NCBI GenBank assembly: GCA_013265495.1
Contig: MU057713.1
Coordinates: 4,757 to 68,756 of the forward strand
Reading direction: 5' to 3'
Length of the DNA stretch: 64,000 nt
DNA from: Vicugna vicugna
Taxonomy: Eukaryota
Positions 13,011-26,109 of the stretch are shown one piece after another. The position numbers were made by a program, and so were the translations under genes. A model generated the notes under the pieces. It had not been told where the DNA came from and searched no databases. It saw nothing but the letters and a program-made list of their open reading frames with translations. Position 1 is the stretch's first letter; each line of letters begins with the position of its first letter.

Positions 13011-15184
13011 TAGTAACAGGTGGCAGCGGTAGTAATTCCCGAAGGGACACACAAGGCTACACAGGACACCTACGGGAGGGGGCGTTACTTGTTGTTTCTC
13101 CAAAAATATTGATTTAATTAATTTTCTGTGTCTTATAGAAACTGATCTTGCAGTTATTCATGCCACAGGCTTATTAATCATGAAAGTCATTTAACAAGAA
13201 TGGAGCACTGCTGTTTTGGCTGGATTGGAGAGGCTGGGCTTTCGGACAAGGTAAGGCAGAGAGTATGGAGCGGTTAGAAAGGATGCGATTTGAAGCCAGG
13301 CTGTCCAGGTTCGATGATTAGTTCTGCTGATGACTCAGCGTGTGACCTGGAGTAGAACAGCTGTACTTTACATCATGAGGCTGTATGCATGGAGGAATAG
13401 TGGTCAAATGCTTAGAACTTATGTTCTCAGGCATATAATACGTATTATGCAGTAACTGCTAATTTTCAGATATGGGTACATTTCTAGGCACCTGAATGCA
13501 CTGAATTCCTAGCTTTTGCCTTCCTCTTTAGTTCTGAGCATACGTTACTAGTCTTCATAAGCACATTCTTTGTCTTTCTAATGGGCCAGCTGCCATTGGA
13601 CTCTGCATGCAGGAAAAATATTTGGGAAATTAGTACTACACTTTAGCTATCTTGGCTTAAAAATACGTGTGGTACAAAATGCAGATTTGTAAACGTCCTT
13701 ATTCATTATGGATGGTTCCCCGGATACTGTATTTCTCTGAGTTCTAGCCCATATCCCAGATTTTTTTTTTTTTTGGATTTCAATTGTTCACTTTGCCCGT
13801 CTACATAAATTTGTGAACTCACTGCCAAATTTCTACATCAATGTGAATCTTACTGTTTTACCTTAATTTATGAAAAACTATTTTTTCCCAGTGTGGTTAT
13901 TAAAATCTTGTTATGAGGAACTATTGAACAATATTTACATTCCCATGAATATAAAATAAGTCATATACACACAATAGAAGAGACAATGCATTATGAACAT
14001 TACAAGTCAATTCCATTTTTTTAAAAAGTTAAATTGTCACTGAAATACTTATTATGGAAGTATTTTTGGACTGCTGGGCATTCTATAAACAACTGAAAGG
14101 CACTGAATCTGTGGCAATATTTCTGAAAGGAGGCGGCAGGTTTAAATGCAGTGCATGTCCGACTTCTGTAATCCAGCTGCTTAATAACATCATAGATAGG
14201 CCCCATTTCAGACTAGCATTCCATTACATAAATTTCACTTCCCTGATAGAGGTTTGAAAGGAAGACTAGAGCACCCTCATAATCCTAAGTGCTGATTTGA
14301 ATGAACTTTTCCTTGCTTGGAATATAACTGCTGCTTCACTACAAATGCATTTTTTTAATGTAGCTCTTCCAAGTGCAGGAATTAAGCTCTGGCTTCACTT
14401 TTTGTGTAGTAAACGTGCAATTAAAACATCATTACTCTGTAGTAATAGGTTTTCTCATTTAACCTAGTGAAAAGCTGCCACTGAGTTGGTCATGACTGTA
14501 CCTGAATGCACTTGTCCTTCCGTAAAGCATCTTATGCAACGAGGTATTATGAGATGAAAGACTCTTATTGGTCCTAAATAATCATTTAAGAGCAGGCTGA
14601 TCAGACAGCTTTTAAGTACAGATGAGGCAGTATAAGGCAATGACATATGAATCACTTTCATAAACATGCTTACCTAAACAAAAAATTAAGCCTGTATTTT
14701 ACTCTCATGGTGATGGACGTGATTCCCATAAGCCCTGAAAACTACTGGGTTTTCATACCACCATTTAATTTTCCTTCCTAAGAATGGCTGTTACTGCAAA
14801 CTGACCTCAACATTTATCTTAACATTTAGGGCACCAAAGCCAATCTGTTTAACACTTCAGCTGGGGTCAGCGTTTCCACTGAGGGACCTTGTTGTCTGTT
14901 CTATGAATTCTCAAAAAAATGCAACCGCCTCGGGTGATTGGAAATGCAGTCATTTCAAACAACACAGCATTTCTGTGGTTAATAGATGACACTGAGGTGT
15001 AGCTCAGTGTGGGTCCCTGCGGGGAAACAGAAAATGGTCTAGAGTCCAGTTGGCCGGACTCAGTGAGTTGCTAACTCCCTTCTATCCCTCAGCTGTTATG
15101 ACTTTCCTTATGGACTAATTCCTACTTCGTCCTGATGACCTGAACGCATAGGTGGTATAACTGCGGTGTAGACTTCATCTTTCT

Positions 15185-16914
15185 TTTTTTTTAAAACATT
15201 TTTTATTGAATTATAATCATCTTACAATGTTGTGTCCAATTCCAGTGTAGAACACAATTTTTCAGTTATACATGAACATACGTATATTCATTGTCACATT
15301 TTTTCGCTGTGAGCTACCACAAGATCTTGTGTTTGTTTCCCTGTGCTATACAGTATAATCTTGTTTATCTATTCTACATTTTGAAATCCCAGTCTGTCCC
15401 TTCCTACCCCCCGCTCCCTTGGCAATCACAAGTTTGTATTCTATGTCTATGAATCTGTTTCTGTTTTGTATTTACTTTTTTTTTTTTNNNNNNNNNNNNN
15501 NNNNNNNNNNNNNNNNNNNNNNNNNNNNNNNNNNNNNNNNNNNNNNNNNNNNNNNNNNNNNNNNNNNNNNNNNNNNNNNNNNNNNNNNNNNNNNNNNNNN
15601 NNNNNNNNNNNNNNNNNNNNNNNNNNNNNNNNNNNNNNNNNNNNNNNNNNNNNNNNNNNNNNNNNNNNNNNNNNNNNNNNNNNNNNNNNNNNNNNNNNNN
15701 NNNNNNNNNNNNNNNNNNNNNNNNNNNNNNNNNNNNNNNNNNNNNNNNNNNNNNNNNNNNNNNNNNNNNNNNNNNNNNNNNNNNNNNNNNNNNNNNNNNN
15801 NNNNNNNNNNNNNNNNNNNNNNNNNNNNNNNNNNNNNNNNNNNNNNNNNNNNNNGCTTTACCAAACTGCATTCCCACCAGCAGTGTAGGAGGGTTCCCCT
15901 TTCTCCACAGCCTCTCCAGCATTTGTCATTTGTGGATTTTTGAATGATGGCCATTCTGACTGGTGTGAGGTGATACCTCATCATAGTTTTGATTTGCATT
16001 TCTCTGATAATTAGTGATATTGAGCATTTTCTCATGTGCCTATTGATCATTTGTATTTCTTCTTTGGAGAATTGCTTGTTGAGGTCTTCTGCCCATTTTT
16101 GGATTGGGTTGTTTGGTTGTTTCTTATTAAGTCGTATGAGCTGCTTATATATTCTGGAGATCAAGCCTTTGTCAGTTTCATTTGCAAAAATTTTCTCCCA
16201 CTCCGTAGGTTGTCTTCTTGTTTTACTTATGGTTTTCTTTGCTGTGCAGAAGCTTGTAAGTTTCATTAGGTCCCACTTGTTTATTCTTGCTTTCATTTCT
16301 ATTGCTTCAGGAGACTGCCCTAGGAGAACACTTTTGAGATGTATGTCAGATAATGTTTTGCCTATGTTTTCTTCGAGGAGATTTATTATATCTTGTCTTA
16401 TGTTTAAGTCTTTGATCTATTTTGAGTTTATTTTTGTGTATGGTGTGAGGGAGTGTTCTAGCTTCATTGTTTTACATGCTGCTGTCCAGTTTTCCCAACA
16501 TTTGCTGAACTGAAACTGTCTTTATTCCATTGTATATTCTTGCGTCCTTTGTGGAAGATTAGTTGACCAGAAGTTTCTGGGTTCATTTCTGGGCTCTCTA
16601 TTCTGTTCTATTGGTCCATATGTCTGTTTTTGTACCAATACCACGTTGTCTTGATGACTGTAGCTCTATAGTATTGTCTGAAGTCTGGGAGAGTTATTCC
16701 TCCAGCCTCTTTTTCTTCAGTAATGCTTTGGCAATTCTAGGTCTTTTGTGGTTCCATATAAATTTTATTATGATTTGTTGTAGTTCTGTGAAATATGTCC
16801 TGGGTAATTTGATAGGGATTGCATTAAATCTGCAGATTGGCTGGGCAGTGTGACCATTTTAACAATATTGATTCTTTTAATATAGGAGCATGGGATACCT
16901 TTCCATTTTAAAAA
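15185..16914 (-). mobile_element. Young L1 LINE, 5'-truncated (~1.7 kb), with perfect 16-bp TSD
   Basis: ORF2p C-terminal translation ([19 protein letters not shown]...[20 protein letters not shown]). T-tail from 15185. TSD tagacttcatctttct at 15169-15184 and 16915-16930. Confidence 0.96.
15488..15854. other. Assembly gap (367 N) inside an L1
   Basis: Run of N flanked on both sides by L1 3' sequence. Confidence 1.
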
Positions 16915-19900
16915 TAGACTTCATCTTTCTAAAAAGCCTCGATGAGGATGCAGAACTAGTGAGCTTCTGCCACAAACACAACATCTGTCAGTGGCTCTCA
17001 GCTTCCTGTGCGATGCAAAGGCTCATCTCTGGAAATGAGTTTCTCGAACAGGTGGCCCTGCACCATTTCTTGGAACTTTGAGACCCACACAGTACGCCTG
17101 CCATGAACCCCTCTATGTGACTCATGAAAGCAGATGACGGTTGGCATTGCAGATTACGCACAGTCATCCACTCAGAGACAGATGAACTGATTCAGGGTGA
17201 TGTTCGCCATTAGCAAAACAACACATTCCCTGATGTTTCTTTGGGGAGTTCATACATCCCTTTGGGACATTAAGAAATTTTAAGACTTTCCTTCTTCTCC
17301 TGGCCTTCCCCCAATGCACACCTTCCGCTTGCTCCAGGTGGGAAAATGACAAAAAGAAACTCAGATAATTTTGAAAGACAATACAATTGGATTACACTGT
17401 TTAAATTTCGTTTCCTTAAAGCCCTTAAAATAGGAAACAATTACACTGAACACTTTGAGGAAATCTGAATAGATTTTTAAAGATATTAATTCCATAGACC
17501 AACAGAGTTCACACATCTTTTAGAGACAGTTGAGACTTGTAACACAGTTGGAAGGCACTTTACCTGCTAAATTTGATAGTAGATTCTTTTTTTTTTTTTT
17601 TTTGAGACTCACCTCTCATTTGTAAAGGAGTAAATTTGAATTGATAGTTTTTATCCAATTTCTGTCACAAAGCCATACTTTAAAATTTCTGTCTGGTCAA
17701 GTATCACCCAAGAATTTCAGCATCACTGCATATGAGGGCTAACAGAAGTAAGCAATAAAAATTGTGTTTAAAAGGTGAGTTTAAGCTAAGTGGAATTGGG
17801 GGAGAAGGGTTGAAACTTCAAAGAAATTTGTCTTAGCCTAGAAATTACTGAGAGAACGTTTTCTCTTCACTTCCTGGTTGGTCTGAGTTAGAAACACAAA
17901 TGGCTCTTGGTAACAACTTGTCCTTGAGCTACTTGTCTGAACAGAGCATGTGTTGTTGGCATTTGGAGAAGAACCTGGTGTAACTCTTGGCAGGACAAAG
18001 TGGGGACCATACCTGAGGTAGCACTTCCTCTCCTTTCCATCCCATCCTCTGCCATAAAATTAAGTTTAGAGATGACCACTCCATATGTGGTACACCTTTG
18101 GAAAAAAATCTCTGTAAGTTAAAAAAAACTAGAATCCATTTTCTGAAGGACAGGGCAGCATAGGCAGTGATGTTTAATAGATTAGGAGCTTTTGCTTTTT
18201 TTGTTACTTCCCAGCTATATTTCACTATTAAAAAAATAAATAATAGTCGCAATTCAGTAGTCTCAAACGCCCGAAGTTTATCAAAATATGAATCTTTAGC
18301 CAATTCTAATTACTTAAATGCTGGTATGACATAGCTTATTCAATTATGGGGCAATTTAAATATAGAAAGAATGGACCATTAGGTAAGAACACAATCTGCA
18401 CGTGTTTTATGGAGATTAAGTGAAAGCTTGATGGCTCAGTACTTTTCATGCTAATTTCCAAATTAATAGGCAGATTGAACACTGACAGAGGTCCACTAAC
18501 ACACTCAGGGTTTTGTGTTACCCATTTTCTATTCTTGGGAAAACATTATGTCAGCTGCAGGGCCACTGCAGGTGACATTATGAGATTCACCAATAATGAC
18601 ATACTGGCTTTTCGTCGCCAGTTTGTTGGCCTTGTATCAAAGAATTATGCTCCCTCCCTTTTTTTATAAAAGATAACTCGGTGCCTTCTTTACTGACCAC
18701 TGAGGCAGTTCTTAAGACCTTCTGATCCCTCAAGCTGCACCATGTTCATCTTTTCCCCTGCAAGACTCAGGGTGACTGTAGGCAAGAGGAGGTTACAGTT
18801 AATTCTGTAACACGATGTACACCTGCTGCTCTGTGAGAAATAAACCAAGATGAGAGCTCATTTCTGGAGGTGTTTTGGATCTTTACTCCTCAATGACACT
18901 TCTGTCCCTTCCTTAGAATGCCACCAACGCTAGGATTCGCCACACTGGTGCTCCAACGTGGAGCCAGAATTTTGGGTGTGGAAAAATCAAGAACTGTCAC
19001 CAGCACAGCAGAAACCTTCTCTTTCTATGTCTCCATTCAAACGTGAAGAGTTTTACACTTTTGCCTGAGGAACAACAGGTACTCTACTGTCCAACAGATT
19101 ATTACAGGAGGCAAACCTGGGAGAAAGCGCATTTCAACAAGCATAAAGGGGCAGCAGGACAGTAAGTTCCTTTACCTGTCAAAGCCCACAGTGGGGACAC
19201 TTCTGCATCTCTCCCAGAGGATTAGAAACAGCTTTTGCGAGAAATTGATACAGGGATGGTAAGCCTTTCTCACGAATATTTTGGGAAACATTCGGCACAA
19301 ACTTAAGCGTTTTTTCAAAATTGAGGGAAAAAGTACAGTGAAATCCAGAATCATTTTAACATCAAAGCGTAAAAGAATTGTACAGACAATATTTTGTAGT
19401 AGTATTCAGTGAGAATTCAAAGATTTAATATTTGCAATCTTAACCATTCGTAGGTTGCCCGAATATCCGTGTCTACAGTAATTTGCTGAAGCATGAACGT
19501 GACTCACACATGCTGGTAAGCGGGGCCAAGTCACGGGCATTCGCTTCTCCAGTCAGCTGTGCTGTCTGCTGCTCAGCAGTGCCATCTTAGCGGTCTGAAC
19601 GGGCTTCGTGACTTTTGTACTTGTAATCCGTGACATTTTGGAGATACTTTCAAAAGTTTTCTTGATAATCTGTCTTTTTCCCAAAGTACTCCAAAGATAT
19701 AAAATATATACCATTTGAATTTCAAATATTGGACTAATCTTTGAGAATATAACCCGAATAATGATAAGTCCTACGAAGAAGCGGCTAGTATGGAGGGTTA
19801 GATAATAGGGGGTTTTGGTAATAGGAAGCAAAAGTAAAGTGAAACATTTTCCTACATAAATTTGAGAGCTCAGGAGAATTACAATTAATAGCAGAGAAAA

Positions 19901-20299
19901 AGACAAATCATGTCATAATATTAAAAAAGTATTTCTTAATTTTGAAAAAAAGCTTTTGAGTCTTTGAGCAGTAAGAACAGACCCCTTTTCCCCATCGTTA
20001 GTAATCCTGGCCTCTCCCTACCTCACCGGAAAATGCAAGACTGAAATGACGGTCCGAGGAAGAACAGGACTTTGGGGTTCCAGTCACCACATTTACTTGA
20101 CTTTATCCAGTTATATAAGAGCCAACACAGTCACAAAATGGGTCTGCGTCATTATCTGTCGTGGTCGCATGTGACTGAAGACAAAGGCTGAGGCTGGAGG
20201 AAATTTAGAGGAGGTTCATATTTTTTATTCAAAGCAAGGAGCGGATGGAGAAATCCACCACTTGACATGTCCAGGCCTCCATTTTCTTCACATGATTCA

Positions 20300-20790
20300 A
20301 ACACAGGGAAAGCCTTTCAGGAATGTTCTGCAATTTCAGATCTCCCCAGTGGGTATTTTTAGGAATGGCAGCATACATCTTCTCCAGATGTTTTCTCTCT
20401 AACCAGCTCCTTTCTCTCTGCTTCACTGTCACCACCTGCGCGGAGGCCTCTTGGTTGGTACAGCTGCAATAACCCCGTACACTCTGCCTCCCTGATTGGT
20501 CTCGATCCCTGCAGTTTCTCCTCCTCTTTGCTACCGTCATTCTGAAAGGAAAGATCTGTCCTCAGAACAAATGTTACCGCTTCATGATTCGTAAGCCGTG
20601 GTGACTCGTCCGGTCGGGACTTTGTCCATACTGCTATTACAAGACGGATCTCATCCCATTATTATTTATTAACCTGTTTGTTTTCTCTCATGAAATTATG
20701 ATGTATTGGAAAAAATGTTAGCATTCATTCTGTCTCCTCAGTTCTAAGCAGCATTCCAAATACATAAATGATGCTTAATATTTATCAAAT
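20300..20790 (+). mobile_element. L2 LINE fragments
   Basis: L2-like text ending ...tctgtctcctcagttctaagcagcattcc...atgcttaatatttatcaaatgaa. Confidence 0.55.
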
Positions 20791-21279
20791 GAAAGATTGT
20801 AACTATGGATGGGTGGGTGGACGGATAAATTCACTTATGAATTTAAGGGGAAAGTGATTCGTAATTTCAGAAGGAAAACCAGAGGTGCTATTTAGAGTCT
20901 CTGTGAACAGCAAGGGGAATGATTAAGTGACTCAAAAGGTCAGTCCCTCCATTTAAAAAAAAATTTAGGATTATTCCCATGACTCTGTGGTTTCAGAATT
21001 TGAAATTCTAGATCTGCATGGGTCCTGACATAAGCTTCACATTTGCACCCCAGATATTTAAATTTATTCTCATTTGGAGAAGGTCTGATTTTTAAAATGA
21101 AATTAATTCATGGAAATAATAATGCAAGAAGATGATAATAGCAATCTGTGATGCTTTAACTGGTATTAGACTAACCGCTTGGGGTGTGGAAACTGTCCAA
21201 ACAGATACATTAAGGTCGATTCTGGCATATTCATTACAGTTAATATTTCAGTTAAAAATTACCCTAATTAAAAAAAAAA

Positions 21280-21280
<1 letters not shown>

Positions 21281-21311
<31 letters not shown>
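21281..21311. repeat. (CA)15 microsatellite
   Basis: Direct reading. Confidence 0.95.
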
Positions 21312-21313
<2 letters not shown>

Positions 21314-22084
21314 CTCTCTCTCGAGTAATTTCCATACTGCTGCTTAACACTGTCAGGAAAATCTTCTCAGGAGATGTTCTGTGGTGACAATTACCCTACA
21401 CCCAAGTACTACAAGTACTACATGACGCCAGGTATGGTCGTATAAATGAAATATCAAATTTCCTACAATAGAACAAAGTAAACAAATACCACGACGATCG
21501 ATTCACTTCCAAATAATATTGTGCATGCAGACTCTCTTTTTCATATGTGCTATACGCATACTATATTTCATTATACAGCCTTTATATTTAAGTTCAAGAT
21601 GCCTGATGCCTCCCACTGCCGCCATCTTTTCCCCCTGAATACAGAGGCTAGTATTTCAAAAGGCAGAGAGAAGGTAATTTTTGCTTAACGAAATGCAGCA
21701 GACTGCATTTTCTGGTCTTTTACTCCAATGCCAAAGACAGCTGATCCTCTGCTCCTCGGGGAACCCTGGGACCCTCTTTGCCCTCCCTTTGCTTCCATCT
21801 CTCAGGTCATCATTACTGGCCTCAGTAGACGGCTTAGTGCACATCAATTTTCTCTTATAGTCTTTGTGATTATTCTGTGAGGTATTTCCCCTTTTACTAT
21901 TTACTGTTATTAGTCCTTGTTGCTAATTACTATGACCCTCTGTCTATAGCCGAAGAAACGGAAGCTCAGATAAAAGTGAAACCTCTCAAAGATGCGTCTA
22001 AGCAGTGAGTGAGTTTGGGGACTGAGAGCCCCAGTTTTGGACTTTAAACCTAGTGAAACAGGTCCTGTATATCTGGTTCTTATC

Positions 22085-22510
22085 TATCCATTTGTTTGAT
22101 TAATATTTATTGGGCACATACTAAGTGGCAGGCACTGTCCTAGATGTGAATAAAAAAATCACTGTCCCGGTGAAACTCACAATTCAGAGAGCCGCACAAG
22201 CAATAGACATGACAAGTAAAACTGTAAAGTATGTTAGGCCATGCCAAGAGAAATTCAAGACAAAGAGAAGAAGTTTTGAGGCAGGGATGCACAATTTCAC
22301 TTAGCATAGATGGAGAGACTCGCTAAGAAAGTGAGACTTAAGTAAAAACTTACAGGGATAAGAGAGCTAATCAAGCTGATGGCTGGGGGAAGAGCATTTC
22401 AGGCAGAGGGAACAGCATGTGCAGATGACCTGAGACAAGAAATGTCAGAATGGCGATGTGGTGGCAATAGAGTAAGCAGGGAGGAGAGGGGTAGGAGATG
22501 AAGCCACAGA
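22085..22510 (-). mobile_element. L2 LINE 3' fragment
   Basis: atatttattgggcacatactaagtggcaggcactgtcctagatg...agcatttcaggcagagggaacagcatgtgc. Confidence 0.75.
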
Positions 22511-23324
22511 TGGCTGTTCATTCGTTCATCTATTTCTTTGTTTTTTTCAACAAGTGTTTTGTCTATTCCTCTGTTACTTAGGATAAGCAGTAGGCAGTGC
22601 AGATACGGTCTTGTTCCCATGGGGCCGCACATGGCTTCACACCCTCCTCCCTCCAGAAGCCTCATTCCTGGAAGCTGGAGCTGGACAGAGCTGAAATGGA
22701 GATCTGGAAAAGCCCAGGAGGACTTGTTTTTATAAGCTCTGAAAGCTGCTGTTCTTTCTGCTTAAACAGTGAAGGCCTGCAAAGTTTTAAGGAAGGGGAG
22801 GGAAGGGAGTGAGTGTGTGCACGCACGTAGGGGAAGCAAAAGTTTTTCCCGGCAAATGTTTTCCACTGACTGGTGGCAAAGAATTCCTGAATGCATGTCT
22901 TACATTCACCTGCACGTTACAGCTAAACTGAGACATCCCCTAGTATAGAAAATCAACCTAGAATAGGAAAGACACTCATCCTCAAACTCGACCGCAGTAC
23001 TTAGTTTTTCCTGTTTATGAGAAAAGCTTTGATGGGATGTCCCCTCCCCAAACTAGGCAGTTGTCCTTGGGATAACGACGTTCAAGAGAAACGTGAGTTC
23101 AGTCATGAGAAAAAAGACCATCTCTCTGCTTTGAGGGGATTCTGAAAGGAAAAGAGGGAGAAGCATCTAAACTAGTATCTGAAGCTCAGAGAAAAGAGTA
23201 TCTCAGGCACCACTGCATCCGAGGCAAGCTCGGGTTTGAAATGTGCAGCAGACAGGAAGCCCAAAGTTATTTGGTCTGTTGAAGGTTTTCCTACTCAAGT
23301 ATGTATTGTCATTACACGGAGGGT

Positions 23325-23520
23325 AGGTGGCTAGGGTTTCACCCCAGCTCCATTGCTTATTAGCTGTGTAACCAGGCAAACTCTTTATTTCTCAGTCTCC
23401 TCGTGTGTAAAATGAAGACGATAATCAAGCCTATTTCATGGGGTGGTTGTGAGGATTAAGTGAAGTAATATGTGTTCAATGCTTATAATACTGTTTGATG
23501 ATAATGAGAACTTAATGCTA
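23325..23520 (+). mobile_element. MIR SINE
   Basis: ccccagctccattgcttattagctgtgtaacc...gtgtaaaatgaagacgataat...gtgaggattaagtgaagtaatatgtg. Confidence 0.75.
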
Positions 23521-23539
23521 TTTTTACTAATTCTAGATA

Positions 23540-24388
23540 CATATATATATGTAAAACTGAATCACTTTGTTATATACCTGAAACATAAATATATAGAATT
23601 ACATACGTATATATATTCTTTTTCAGATTCTTTTCCATTATAGGTTATTACGAGATACTGAGTATAGTTCCCTCTGTGCTATAAAGTATGTCCTTGTTGT
23701 TTATCTATTTTATATATAGTAGTATCTATCTGTTAATCCCAAATTCCCAATTTATCCTTCCCCTTCTCTTTTCCCCTGGTAATGATAAGGTTTTGTTCTA
23801 TGTCTGTGAGTCTGTTTCCATTTTATAAATAAGTTTATTTGTACCATGTTTTTAGATTCCACATATAAGTGATATCATATTTGTCTTTCCCTGCCTGACT
23901 TACTTCACTACGTGTGATAATCTCTAGGCCTATCCATGTTGCTGTGAATGGCATTATTTCATTCTTTTTGTGGCTAATATTCCATTTGATACACACACAC
24001 ACACATCATCTTTATCCAGTCGCCTGTTCATGGGCATTTAGGGTGCTCCCATATCTTGGCTATTGTAAATAGTGTTGCTATGAATATTGCAGTGCATGTA
24101 CCTTTTTGAATTAGAGTTTTCTCTGGAAATATGCCCAGGAAGTGGGATTGCTGGGTCATATGGTAAGTCTAGTTTTAGTTTTTTAAGGAACCTCCATATT
24201 GTCCTCCATAGTGGCTGCACCAAACTACATTTCCACCAACAGTGTAGGAGGGTTCCCTTTTCTCTACGCCCCTCCACAATTTATTATCTGTAAACTTTAT
24301 GATGATGGCCATTCTGAATGGTGTGAGGTCATACTTCATTGTAATTTTGATTTGCATTTCTCTAATAATTAACAATGTTGAGCATATG
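23540..24388 (-). mobile_element. L1 3' end (L1MA-like) with a rearranged tip
   Basis: ORFs 24038-24277 and 24175-24393 give the ORF2p C-terminus ([27 protein letters not shown]...LPYDPAIPL). Confidence 0.9.
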
Positions 24389-26109
24389 GACAAAAAAATT
24401 ATATTATTACATACAAAGAGTGACTGCCCTTATTGTGGAAATTTGAATTTCATTAAATAACTCCCGAATATTGGAATCTTCAAGCTATGAATGAGTGACT
24501 CTCTGATACAAAAATTTCAGCCACTGCGATAGGCAAAAAAGGAGCATACCTTGAGGCCAAAAATATTCCTGAAATCCATTAAATCACATCAAGTTGCTAA
24601 TAAATTTTTAAGGCTGGCATTGAAGAAAAGTTCCTAGATATAGCTCTGTACTAACTTCTTCAACTTTTCCATCATAAAGATGAGACACAGAGGTTGGAAT
24701 GTGAAAAACTGACTATAATATGTGAGTATTGTAATCCAAGGTCATGAACTGAGAATCAAATGAAAGTCATGGCATAGTCTATTACCTTTGAGATAAAAGA
24801 TTTGTTACAATAAAAAGGCAAATAGGCTTATAAAATCTAGATCTATTTTAAAACACTAATGCTCTCTGAAGTATAGGGTTCATTTACCAGATTTTTTTTG
24901 TTATTTCTATTATCTTATAATTAAAAATTCTATTATAATGGAATTTTCCCAATTTTGCCTAAACTTGAAAAATGGCAATTGCGAATTTCAATTTCCCCTG
25001 ATTAAAAAAAAATTTTCTTTACCATGAATAATTAAAAGTTGGCTACGAGGTAATGTGTTCTACCTATACTGAATGTTCATCTACTGGTGATGACGATGAA
25101 AGAAATGATAAATGTAGGGTTTCCAGAGAGTCAGGCAGGCAGTAATTGTAAGTCGTGGTTAAGAGCATGAACACCAGCCAGCCGTGGGCTTATCCTGAGC
25201 TAGATGTTAACTGTGTGGCCTTGGTATTTCACTACAAAACTCCTCAGTTTCCTTCCTGATACGTGAAGGTAATCCCTGTCTCATCACATTGCTGTTAAGG
25301 TTAAACACAGTGATGCCTGTAAATCCTAACGCTTTCAAGCAGTACCTTCGCATAAATATTTTCAGAAACATAAGTTTAGCTACTTAAGATTATTCTCATT
25401 ATTCCATCCTTATAAATTATGAACTCTAATTATATAATAAGGCATTAAGCGTGGACGTCCTTCTGGCTCTTTGATATTATGACTGTCCTTTCCGATGCTA
25501 TGCCCTGCTGGTGCCAAGTCTGCTTTACTTTCAAAGGTTACATACTGGAGTCAGGATAAATTATAAAAAAAGGTGTATTATGTACATAAGATCTAACACA
25601 ATTTTTTTATTTCCTAAGGCCAAAAACTTACATATAACATATTTTGTTTGAAATGTACCAGGGTTAAAAAAAATCACCTAGGTTTTATTTGTTATTCCAT
25701 AAATAGGAATTATCGGCCTCTGCTAATTGCTGAATATCTATAAATGCTTCCAGCGTCAGTTTCTACTTGGTGTTTTTGTGATTTAGTGAGAACATTAACG
25801 TTGTATTAGCAACAGCGAAACGGGCAAGGGAAGCTCGGCGTTCAGTGAGACAGTCCTTTACCGCTGCACCCACTGTTCCTACTCTCCGCACCTTAAATTG
25901 CTCCAGGCAAACAACTGCAAAATTTTTGAATGAGAAAAACCCCCACAGACCTAGCACATAAACACCAGCATAACATCCCTTCCTCTCAAGTTAACATTTT
26001 AACTATAAAGGGATAATTTCGGTGAGTCTGTCTTTGAATTGTACCGGTGGATATAAAAGTATCAGTGGAGTAAATTGTCAACGGCAATGGTCAGAAAAAA
26101 AACTTGCCT

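Noticed and set aside
15404..16853. Long ORFs of 140-274 aa
   Set aside because: They run through N gaps or are L1 ORF2 and its antisense frames, not host genes.
19553..19906. 117-aa minus-strand ORF with an internal acceptor-like ttcttcgtag
   Set aside because: No recognisable protein similarity, a non-ATG start and no supporting exon chain.
25860..25925. Minus-strand pseudo-exon reading AVVCLEQFK, faintly like a RING finger
   Set aside because: The remaining Cys/His ligands are absent, the donor is weak, and the phase-0 frame from TAFA2 hits a stop.
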